Below the pieces are notes generated by a model that was not told where the DNA came from, made no database searches, and saw only the letters and a program-made list of their open reading frames with translations. From the NCBI GenBank assembly GCA_044376115.1, contig JBILLK010000007.1:160001-224000 (forward strand): a DNA stretch of 64,000 nt, in the 5' to 3' direction. The stretch comes from Polyangiaceae bacterium (GTDB lineage Bacteria > Myxococcota_A > Polyangia > Polyangiales > Polyangiaceae). Shown here piece by piece: positions 27,293 to 35,775 of this stretch; within the stretch, counting starts at the first letter, position 1, and each line of letters begins with the position of its first letter. Both the position numbers and the translations under genes were made by a program.

Positions 27293-29125
27293 TCATGCAC
27301 TCTCTGCGTCGATATCGATGAAGCCCTCCTTGGCCAGTTGATCCAGTCGCTCGAAGTAGGCGTCGCGGGCGGCGCTATCGCTGTCGAACCACAAGCGCTG
27401 GAAGCGCGGCTCCGCCAGCGCCTCACCCGCCGCCGTTTCATGCACTTCGGAGCGCACCGTGCGGTCGTCGAGGGTGAGCCGGCAGCGGCGCTGGTAGCCG
27501 GCCGAATCACGCTGCAAGAAGGTGCGCGTCTCGGCGCGAATGAGCTTGCGGCCCTCGGGCGTTAGACGCAGCCGCTCGGTCTCGGCGGCCTTGCGTTTGA
27601 AGAATACGAACAGCGCGATCATGTGCTCGCATGGGCCCTCTCGCAGCGCGGAACGTTGATAGCTCGGGCAGTTGCAGAACGCCTCTTTCACCTGGCCCTC
27701 GAGGTTCGACGTGAAGCGTGGGGCAAAGGAGCGACGGGCTTGAGCGTCCACCACCTCACCACTGATCTCGTTGCCCTCGCCGGAGAGGTTGTGCAGCTTG
27801 GTGATGGTGATGGCCTTGTCTGCGGCAAGCAGCCTGTGAGCCGCTGCTTCACGTGGCGACCCAAAGCGAATGGCGGCCAAGTCCACCGGCTGGGGCAACA
27901 GCGCGCGCGGCCGAAACACGCCGCGGTCACGATCGAAGAGCACCTGCCCGCGCAAGCAGGCCTGTTGCAACAGCGCCCGTAGCTCGAGCTCGGTGTGTTT
28001 GGTGCTGGCGGCGAGCTGGGCCAAGCTGCGCGGCCCTTCGGCCGCCAGCAGCTTGGCCACAGCGTCCACCTCGGCTTGTTTGCCTTCGTTCGGGATCAGC
28101 GCATCGAACGAGGCCGTGCTGCCCCATTGGCTCTCGGCCCAGCTGGTGAACGCCACCGTCATCCGCGCGAGGCCCATGTCGAGCACCCAGAACGACGGTA
28201 AGCCGGCGCCCAGGAGGTGAATCTTGACCGAACGAAGATGGGGCAGCGCCCGCGTAAGCGCGAGCAAGCGCTGGCGGCCGTAGAGCCGCACGATGCGAGG
28301 GCTCGGGCCCGCATACGGAGCGCCGTGCGTCTCGACCGTGATCTCCCACGGCTCCAAGGTGAGCCGCGGCCTCTCTCCCGGAACCAACTCGAAGCGCAGC
28401 CCGCGCGGCGGCTTCTTGGCCTTGCGCGTGCGCAAGGTGAAGAGCACGTTGTAGAGATCCACCGGCTTGAGTTCGAGCGTGGTGGCAGGCAGCGTGGCCG
28501 CTGATTGCACCTGCAAGAAGCCACGCAGCCACGGGTCAGGCAACTCGACGCTGCGCTGGTGCGCAGCCGCTGCAGCGCCCTTGGCCTCGGTGCTGGCCGC
28601 AAATTCGAGCGGTTGGTAGCTGCGCAGACGCTCGACTTGTTCGAGCAACGCAGGCGATAGGTCCGCCAGCGTGGTGCCGTGCGCTGCGGTCCTCTGCTCG
28701 AACAGCGCGTTGTCGAAGGCCAAGCGCGCGTAGGCGCTCTCATCCTTCGAGAACACCTCGAGCGAAACCTCGTCCGGGTCCACGCTGAGGATCGGATCGA
28801 GCCCGCGCGGCCGCGGGGCCTCATCGCCGAAGGCGTTCTCGAGGAAGGACTTCTGTGCCTCCCAGATGGCCTTGCTGGCCTTCTTGCCCTGCTTCATCAA
28901 GTAGGCCAAATAGGCTGTGCGATCTTTGCCCTTGTAGCGCAGGTCGCTATCGCGAATCGCCGCTGCGAGCAGCAGGGCGTCACGAAACAGCTCGACCTGT
29001 TTGACCCGGCCGCTCACGCCCACCGTGCGTGCGCCTTCGAGCGCGAGCTCCAAGCTCGAGGCGGCCGGCGTTGCTAGCACCTGGCTGGGTGCGGCATAGC
29101 GAAGTTCAAGAATGCGGGCGCTCAC
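27293..29125 (-). CDS. Retron-associated SWIM zinc-finger protein with degenerate C-terminal WGR-like domain
   Basis: 'FCNCP...GPCEHMIAL' SWIM; 'DPILSV..DEVSLEVFSKDES.YARL' and 'WLRGFLQVQSA' conserved blocks; C-terminal 'QRLWFDS...AR..YFERL..L...GF'; GTGA overlap with the upstream gene. Confidence 0.85.
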   Translation of the reverse strand: MSARILELRYAAPSQVLATPAASSLELALEGARTVGVSGRVKQVELFRDALLLAAAIRDSDLRYKGKDRTAYLAYLMKQGKKASKAIWEAQKSFLENAFGDEAPRPRGLDPILSVDPDEVSLEVFSKDESAYARLAFDNALFEQRTAAHGTTLADLSPALLEQVERLRSYQPLEFAASTEAKGAAAAAHQRSVELPDPWLRGFLQVQSAATLPATTLELKPVDLYNVLFTLRTRKAKKPPRGLRFELVPGERPRLTLEPWEITVETHGAPYAGPSPRIVRLYGRQRLLALTRALPHLRSVKIHLLGAGLPSFWVLDMGLARMTVAFTSWAESQWGSTASFDALIPNEGKQAEVDAVAKLLAAEGPRSLAQLAASTKHTELELRALLQQACLRGQVLFDRDRGVFRPRALLPQPVDLAAIRFGSPREAAAHRLLAADKAITITKLHNLSGEGNEISGEVVDAQARRSFAPRFTSNLEGQVKEAFCNCPSYQRSALREGPCEHMIALFVFFKRKAAETERLRLTPEGRKLIRAETRTFLQRDSAGYQRRCRLTLDDRTVRSEVHETAAGEALAEPRFQRLWFDSDSAARDAYFERLDQLAKEGFIDIDAESA

Positions 29126-32100
29126 GATCGTTGCTCCTGGGCAAGGCGGCGTTGTGCGCGCCGGAGCGCGCGGAAGGCAGCTTTGCGTACCGGCTCCGGC
29201 TCACGCGAGTCTTTGCTCGCGAGCCGCGTCAGCGCGTCCAACGAGGCTTGGTCGGTTGAAAGCCCGAGCGCCGCGATGCTCTCCAAACGGCCTTGGTGCT
29301 TGGCGTCGAAGGCTGCGGCGATCAGCGGCTCGAGGCTGCGTTTCTCCAACAGCCAAGGCACCATCGAGCGGCGATCCTCGGCGGTTGTGAGCGGCCCGGC
29401 TTGGAACAAGCTGCGCTTGAAGATCACCGGATCGAAGGTGCTGCCCTCCGCGCGCCCGGCGGCTTGTTTAGCCTGGCCCAACGCTGACGCTGCTTCAGCG
29501 CGCACGCGCAGGTCCGGGTCCTCCAGCGCGGCGCGTAGGGCGTTGACGTCGGCGGCGCCGAGCGCGCGTGCTGCCTCGACGCGCACCGAACTCGGCTCGT
29601 TACGGTCGCTGAGAAGCGTGGTCGCGAGCTGTACGAGGTCGGGCGCTCGAGCGCGCCGCGCGGCCCACAGCCCGCGCTGCTCCACCTCGGTCTCGTGCCG
29701 CACCTCGGTCTCGTTCTTGAACTTGCGCGCGTATTTGCGTTGCTCCGAGCCGTTGCGAGCCGCTGCTACCAGTGCGCGACCGACAGCTTCACGCGCAGCC
29801 GGGTTCGCGAACTCGGTGACGCCGGAGACCCAGCTCGCCTCGGCGCGAGCCGCCGCGGAGCCGCTTTGCAGCAACTGGGCGAGCTGCGCGTGGGGCAGGG
29901 AAGGTCGCCGTGCGAGGCCGTAACGCAACCGTTCGCGCAGCAGCGGGTTCTTGATCGTCGCGAGCTTCGCCAAGAGCTCGGCTGGTTCACCTTGCTGCGA
30001 GAGAAACGCCGCGGCGGGCTCGGAGATGTCGGTCCACTCGCTCTCCACTGCATGCAGCTCCACGCGCGTGCGCTCGTTCGGAAAGATCGTCTCCAAGGCT
30101 TCGCGCGCGGCCCAGCGGACGTGCACGAAGGGATCGCGCAGCACAGCGGCGAGCGCGGCCTCCGACGCGCCGTCTTTGAGCTGCGCGAGCAGCTCGCAGG
30201 CCAAGCGCCGCTCTTCGGGTTGCTCCGCAGCGAGCGCCGCACGCAGCCGCGCTCGCGAACGCTCGTCGCCCAGGCCACGCAGCGAGCGCAGGCCCGCGAG
30301 CACCAGCGCCGGGGCTTTCGAGACCAGCATCGACTCGATCCGATCGCGGAGCCGTTCCTGGGCGTCGGCGTCACGCACGTGCTGATGGAGCAGGCCAAGC
30401 GCTTCGACCGCGGCGGCCTGCATCGACTCTTCGACCGGCGCTTCTTCAGTGCCACCGCCGGCGATGAGCTCGAGCTCCTCCAGCGCGCGTACGTCGCCCA
30501 GCGCACCGAGCCCGAGAATGGCTCGTTCGCGTTCGCCCTCTTCCCCAGCCCGCACGAACAGCAAGAGCGGCCTCAGGGCGAGCGAGCCGTCCGGCTGGGC
30601 AATGTGTGCGAGCCCGAGCGCGGCCGCGAGCATCGTCTCCCGCGCGCCCGCGCGAATCACCGCTGCTAGCGGCGCTGAGTCGGCCGACTTCTTCTCGACG
30701 CGAAGGGCGTAGGCCGCGACGGCCGCGGCGCGCACTTCGACGTTGCGATCGGCGAACAGCTTGGTCAGCGTGGCGTCGGCCGAGGGGTCCACGAGATCGC
30801 TGAGGCGCTTGGCCGCCTCGAGGCGCACCTCGGCGTGGTGGCTTTTGACCGCCGCGTTGCAGAAGCGCAACGCAAACTCTTGCTGGGTCTCGGCCTGTGG
30901 GCCGACGTACCCTGGCGCGCCCGGCAGCAGGCGCTTCACATCGGAGCGCGGACCGATCAACTGCAGCGCCACGTTCAAGGCCGCCGCGCGCACAATCGTT
31001 TCGTCATCGCTTAGGCGCAAGAGCGCCGCCTCGAGCGCGCTGCTCGCGCCGGCGCTGTTCGGCCAGAGCTGCGCCAGCGCCGCGATAATCTGCGCTCGTT
31101 CGGCTGGGCTCTCCAGCTCGTCGCAGCGTGTGGCCAGCTGCGCGACGGCGCTCGGACTTGCGAGGCGCACCAGCCCGTCGCGCGCTCGCGCGCTCACCGC
31201 GGCATCCCCGCCACGTAGCGCCGCCCCGAGCACTGGCGCCGCTTGCTCGTTGCCGCGCGCTGCCAAGAGCTCGGCGGCGCGCAACCGCAGGTCTTCATGA
31301 TCGCTCGCGAGAGCCGACACCAGCGCCGCGTTCACGCGCGGATCGTTCGAGCTCGAGAGGCGCTCCAGCACGCCTATACGCAGGTCCGAATGGGCGCTGG
31401 CGAGCGCTGCCAAGAGCGGCTCCAGGCTGCCGGGCGCGGCGGTCTTTTCGAGCAACGAAAAGGCGTAACGACGCGCCTCCACCACTTGCGAATCGAGCGC
31501 CTTGACGATCTGCGCCCGCCCCGCGTCGCCGAGCGTCACGAGCTCGTCAAGCGCTGCGCGCACCACGTCCGCGGCGCTCGAACCGAGCGCGAGCTCAAGC
31601 ACCTGCGTGCGCTCAGACTGCGTGTTGCGCAGCGCGGCCAGGGCGCTCTTACGCACGGTGTGATGCGCGTCATCGAGAGCGCGCGCCAGCGCCGGAGTCG
31701 CGCTCTCGGCCGTGACGGCGCCGAGCTTGACCAACTCGACGATGCGTTCGATCGCATCACGGCGAATGCGCGGCCCCTCTTCTTCGCCACCACTTTGGCG
31801 CAGGAGCCCGAGGTAGGCCCCGAAGGCGAGCAAGCGCAGTCGCAGCTGCTCTTCACCGCTCACCGGCGCCGGGGGAGCCTGCTCCTCCGGCTTCGCGTTC
31901 GGCTCGCTCGTCCCGCGCGTAAAGATGCGGCGCAGCAGGCCGAGCGGCCCCTTCGTCGCGGGCTCCTCGGCGATCGGCGCGCCCTCCGGCGCCGTCTCCG
32001 GTACCCACGGCGAGCGCGTTGCCCGCGGGCTTACCACACGCTGCACCTCGCGAAAGAACGCCTCCGGCCGATCACGCAGCCGCAGCGCTTGCGCCGCCGC

Positions 32101-35100
32101 GTAGCGCTGCTCCGGACGATCTCCAGCGATCGCCTCGCACAGCCCCACCATCAACCAAGCGCGCGCGTTCTCATTGGGCCACTTGGCCAGTTCTTCGGCC
32201 TTGTCCGGGCGCTCTGGCAACAAGAGCTCGACCAAGTGCGCGGAGTAACGCTCAGGTTCGCTGCGCAGCTCGAGCGCGCGCGCCACCGCGTAGCGCACCT
32301 CTGGCCGTTGCGAAGAGAGCGCCGTGGTCAACAGCTCGGGCGGCTCGCCCTTGCGGTAGGCGTGAAGATCCCGCGCGAGCAGCACGCACAAAACGATGCG
32401 CTGGACCTCGAGCGAAGGGTCCTCCAGCCCTTGCAAAATGCCGCTGTAACCCTCGGCTCCCAAGGCCGCGAAGGAGAGCACCGCGCCGATGCGGATCGGC
32501 GGGTGCGAATGCAGCAGCGTGCCGGTAAGCACCGGCAAAGCGCGGGCATCGCCCAAACGAGCCAGGCCTTCGCCCGCCCAAGAGCGGACGGCCAAATCGA
32601 CGTGACCGAGCAGATCGAGCAGGAAGCCCTCTTCCCCAGCTCGGCTAGCGTTGGAGACGCCGCGTGCGGCCTGCTCGCGCACGGCCGGATCTTCATCGAG
32701 GATCAGCTGCGCACCGAAGTAGCGGAGCAACCGCGGCGAGCCGAGATTGGCCAGCGCAGTGGCCGCCCGCCGCCGCAGCGGCACCAGCTGCGGCAGCCGC
32801 TCGAACAGCTCCTTGTCGGCGATCAGCGCCTGCATCGGATCGATGATGCGCTCATCGCGTCGCATCGAGAGCAGCTCCGCCGCGCGCACGCGCAGATCCA
32901 GGTGCGAGCTCTGCAGGCCCACCGCCACCGGCCCGAGCTCGTCACCGACCAGCGCCGCCAGCGACTCGACCGCGGCGATGCGCACCGAGGATTCGCCGTC
33001 CTCGAGCAGCTTGCTGAGTGCTGCGCGCAGCGCCGAGAGCGTGCCTTTGGCCGCGTCTTTGGCGCCCTTCGCGCGGAGCTCGGCCACCGAGGAGCCGAGC
33101 GCCGCGAGCAGCGTAGCGTCGTCCTGCGGGCCACGCAGCTCGAGCAGCGCATCGTAGGCCGCCCGTGCGGTCGCGCCGTCACGGTCTCCGATCGCCTTCA
33201 GCAAGCGCTCGCTGGCAGCGACTTCGAGACCGCCTTCCTTGTGTTTGACGATCGCCTCGAGCTCCTGCACCGCGCGCTTGCGCAGATCCGGGAAGCGCGC
33301 ACCCAATGCGCGATCCAAGGGTGAAAAAGGCTCTTTCGTGTGCCAGGCCCAAAGTGTGCGGAAGGCCTCGGCGCGCACCGAAGGCGCTTCATCGTCGAGC
33401 GCAGCCTCGAGCAGCGTCAAGGCTCGCGCATCGCCGGAGCCTCGCTTGACCAGCAGCTCGAGCCCGCGCACCCGCAGGTCTTGATGCGCCGATTGCAGCG
33501 CCGCAGTCGCCAAGGTGAGCGGCTCGCTCTGCAGCGCGCTGTAACAAGTCCAAGCGGCGTCGCGCACCTTGGCGTCGGCGTCGCTCATCATCCACGCGAG
33601 CCTGCGTTCACTGCGTTGATCGCGCAGGGCAACCAACGCGTAGGCCGCCTCGAGTCGCAGCGCCGGCGCCGGATCTTGCGAGATGGTGAGCAGTGCGCCG
33701 AGTGCCCTTGCGTCGCCGAACCAGGCCAGACCGCGGGCTCCGCGCAGCGCCGTATCGGGCGTGCGGCAAGCGAGGGCGGCTAGCAGTGGCTCGCGGTCCT
33801 CGGCGTTGGGGGCGGCGCCGGTACCCGGTGCCAGCCGATCCCGTACGTCGGCCGGGTTGATGGTCGCGGCGTTAAGGCCCACGTAGTCGAGCGCCCGTTT
33901 GCCGCTGATGCTGACCAGCCGCACCTTCGACCCGGGCTCGACCGGGGTGTGAAGGTTGGGCTTGAAGATCGAAACGTCGCCTAACGTTGGGTGGGTCAGC
34001 TGCATGAAGGACGACGAGATCGACACCACGGTGGCGACGGCTTCGTCGGTGCCCGGCGCGCGCAAGGTGCCACCCTCGAGCTCGACGATGCGACGTAGTA
34101 CGTCGCTGAGCATGCGCTGGAAGGCCTCATCTTTGGCCTCCAGCCAGGAGAGCAGCGCCGGCCGCGCCGCGGCGTTGATCACGAAGGCGACGCGCCGCAC
34201 CTGTTCATCGGCGTCGTCGAGCGCCTTACCAACCAGCGGCTTGAAGCTCTCGTCCTGCAGCAGCTTGGCCAGCGCGCCGCGAACCAGTACCTCGGCTCGA
34301 ACGTCGGCATGGCCGCGCTCGAAGGCGGTACGCAGCGCGGCTCGCGGGTCCTTGGGCTCGAGTGTAAGCAGCGCGACGAGGGCGCTGCGACGAACGCCGG
34401 CGTCGACATCGCTGAGGTGCTCGCAGATCCAACTGTGCACCAGCGGCGAACTCGCGTGCAGGCTGGGCAAGGCTGCCAAGGCCAGCGTGCGCACGTCGGC
34501 GAAGCGCGAGGCCAGCGCAGCGCGCAGCGCGCTGAGCGGCGCTGCTGAGGCTTGTGCTCGCAAGGCTTCGAAGGCCGCAACACGCACGCTCGGATGCTGA
34601 TCGTCGAGCCGCTCGGTGAGAGCAACGCGCGTGGCGCTACGTTCGCTCGCGGCCAGCTTCTGTGCGCAGAGCGCGCGCACCTCGGGCTTCGCGTCTTGAG
34701 CGAGAGCCCGGAGCAGAAGTGCATGTGCCTCCGGCTCGGCCAGCCCGGCCAAGGTCTGCACCGTGGCCTCGCGCTTGCTGAGCAGCTGTGCGTTGAGATC
34801 GGTCGCGAGCAGTTCGAAGCCGTGCCCGAGATCGCTGCGGCGCTCTTCGGCTTGCCCAGCCGCGTCCACCGCAAAAAAGCCGACGCTGCGCGCATCCCCA
34901 CCAACGTACAAACGCGAGAGGGTGCCGGCGCGCTCGAACGGCACGACCAGCGCAGCGTGCAGCGGCTCGTTGCCTCGCGTCTCGAGCGTGCGCGGCTTGC
35001 GACGCTCATCCGTACGCCAGAACCGCAGCTTGCCGTCGCGCCCTGCGGTGACAAAGCGTTCGCCTTCTTGGTCCCGCCCTTTGGTCGGCAAGAACGCGAT

Positions 35101-35775
35101 CGCGCTGGTGCCGCCGACGTGGCCGCTCTCATCTTTGCCGCGGACGTCGGACTCGACCTCGCCGACCAGGTACCAAAGCCGTACCGTACCGTCTTCACCG
35201 CCGGAGACGAGCCGGCCGTCCAGCTTGGTGAAGGCCAGTGAGAGCACCGCGCCCTCATGCCCGGGCATCTCGCGTACAGCGCCGTCTTCAAGCGAGACCA
35301 CGCGCACGACGCCATCATCGCCGGCCGCAGCTACCGCGTCACCCGTAGGCGAAACAGCGACCGCGCGCAGCGCCTGCCCCGAGAGCTGCAGCTCCGAGAG
35401 CCCCTTGCGAGCTGCGCCACTCTTGCGCGACCACAGCCGCACAAAGCCGTCTTGCCCAACCGAGACCAGCAGATCCCCGTACAGCGCTAGGCCGGTAATG
35501 GCGCCGCTATGCGCCGGCGTCTCCCGCTTGATCGCGCCTGCTTGCGCGATTTCCAGCAGCGCGCCGTTGCTCCCCGCTGCCACGAATCCCGCTTCGTCGC
35601 CTGCGAGCGCGAGCACGTGCGCGGGCAGCTCGACGCTCTTCTGCAACCGATCTGCGACGTAATCGAACAACGTCACGCTGGAGGACTCGCCAGCGCGCAC
35701 GCCGGCCACTGCGACGATCCGTCCGCTGACGGCGAGGGCACGGACCTTCTCGAGATTGCCGAGCATGAAGCTCAT
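29122..35775 (-). CDS. Giant WD40 + HEAT/ARM-repeat protein (2217 aa), retron-associated
   Basis: N-terminal WD40 blades ('GHEGAVLSLAF...SGGEDGTVRLW'); dozens of HEAT-like 'L.D....VR..A..AL' repeats; ATG 35775 overlaps the upstream stop (ATGA). Confidence 0.88.
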   Translation of the reverse strand: MSFMLGNLEKVRALAVSGRIVAVAGVRAGESSSVTLFDYVADRLQKSVELPAHVLALAGDEAGFVAAGSNGALLEIAQAGAIKRETPAHSGAITGLALYGDLLVSVGQDGFVRLWSRKSGAARKGLSELQLSGQALRAVAVSPTGDAVAAAGDDGVVRVVSLEDGAVREMPGHEGAVLSLAFTKLDGRLVSGGEDGTVRLWYLVGEVESDVRGKDESGHVGGTSAIAFLPTKGRDQEGERFVTAGRDGKLRFWRTDERRKPRTLETRGNEPLHAALVVPFERAGTLSRLYVGGDARSVGFFAVDAAGQAEERRSDLGHGFELLATDLNAQLLSKREATVQTLAGLAEPEAHALLLRALAQDAKPEVRALCAQKLAASERSATRVALTERLDDQHPSVRVAAFEALRAQASAAPLSALRAALASRFADVRTLALAALPSLHASSPLVHSWICEHLSDVDAGVRRSALVALLTLEPKDPRAALRTAFERGHADVRAEVLVRGALAKLLQDESFKPLVGKALDDADEQVRRVAFVINAAARPALLSWLEAKDEAFQRMLSDVLRRIVELEGGTLRAPGTDEAVATVVSISSSFMQLTHPTLGDVSIFKPNLHTPVEPGSKVRLVSISGKRALDYVGLNAATINPADVRDRLAPGTGAAPNAEDREPLLAALACRTPDTALRGARGLAWFGDARALGALLTISQDPAPALRLEAAYALVALRDQRSERRLAWMMSDADAKVRDAAWTCYSALQSEPLTLATAALQSAHQDLRVRGLELLVKRGSGDARALTLLEAALDDEAPSVRAEAFRTLWAWHTKEPFSPLDRALGARFPDLRKRAVQELEAIVKHKEGGLEVAASERLLKAIGDRDGATARAAYDALLELRGPQDDATLLAALGSSVAELRAKGAKDAAKGTLSALRAALSKLLEDGESSVRIAAVESLAALVGDELGPVAVGLQSSHLDLRVRAAELLSMRRDERIIDPMQALIADKELFERLPQLVPLRRRAATALANLGSPRLLRYFGAQLILDEDPAVREQAARGVSNASRAGEEGFLLDLLGHVDLAVRSWAGEGLARLGDARALPVLTGTLLHSHPPIRIGAVLSFAALGAEGYSGILQGLEDPSLEVQRIVLCVLLARDLHAYRKGEPPELLTTALSSQRPEVRYAVARALELRSEPERYSAHLVELLLPERPDKAEELAKWPNENARAWLMVGLCEAIAGDRPEQRYAAAQALRLRDRPEAFFREVQRVVSPRATRSPWVPETAPEGAPIAEEPATKGPLGLLRRIFTRGTSEPNAKPEEQAPPAPVSGEEQLRLRLLAFGAYLGLLRQSGGEEEGPRIRRDAIERIVELVKLGAVTAESATPALARALDDAHHTVRKSALAALRNTQSERTQVLELALGSSAADVVRAALDELVTLGDAGRAQIVKALDSQVVEARRYAFSLLEKTAAPGSLEPLLAALASAHSDLRIGVLERLSSSNDPRVNAALVSALASDHEDLRLRAAELLAARGNEQAAPVLGAALRGGDAAVSARARDGLVRLASPSAVAQLATRCDELESPAERAQIIAALAQLWPNSAGASSALEAALLRLSDDETIVRAAALNVALQLIGPRSDVKRLLPGAPGYVGPQAETQQEFALRFCNAAVKSHHAEVRLEAAKRLSDLVDPSADATLTKLFADRNVEVRAAAVAAYALRVEKKSADSAPLAAVIRAGARETMLAAALGLAHIAQPDGSLALRPLLLFVRAGEEGERERAILGLGALGDVRALEELELIAGGGTEEAPVEESMQAAAVEALGLLHQHVRDADAQERLRDRIESMLVSKAPALVLAGLRSLRGLGDERSRARLRAALAAEQPEERRLACELLAQLKDGASEAALAAVLRDPFVHVRWAAREALETIFPNERTRVELHAVESEWTDISEPAAAFLSQQGEPAELLAKLATIKNPLLRERLRYGLARRPSLPHAQLAQLLQSGSAAARAEASWVSGVTEFANPAAREAVGRALVAAARNGSEQRKYARKFKNETEVRHETEVEQRGLWAARRARAPDLVQLATTLLSDRNEPSSVRVEAARALGAADVNALRAALEDPDLRVRAEAASALGQAKQAAGRAEGSTFDPVIFKRSLFQAGPLTTAEDRRSMVPWLLEKRSLEPLIAAAFDAKHQGRLESIAALGLSTDQASLDALTRLASKDSREPEPVRKAAFRALRRAQRRLAQEQRS

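Noticed and set aside
26571..27565. ORFs crossing the ncRNA region (26571-27167, 26954-27289, 27227-27565)
   Set aside because: No protein-like features; the region is explained by the structured RNA and antisense overlap.
31243..33324. 693-aa + strand ORF (and similar long ORFs such as 52897-54543 and 38622-39539)
   Set aside because: Antisense shadows of real genes in high-GC DNA with biased, motif-free translations.
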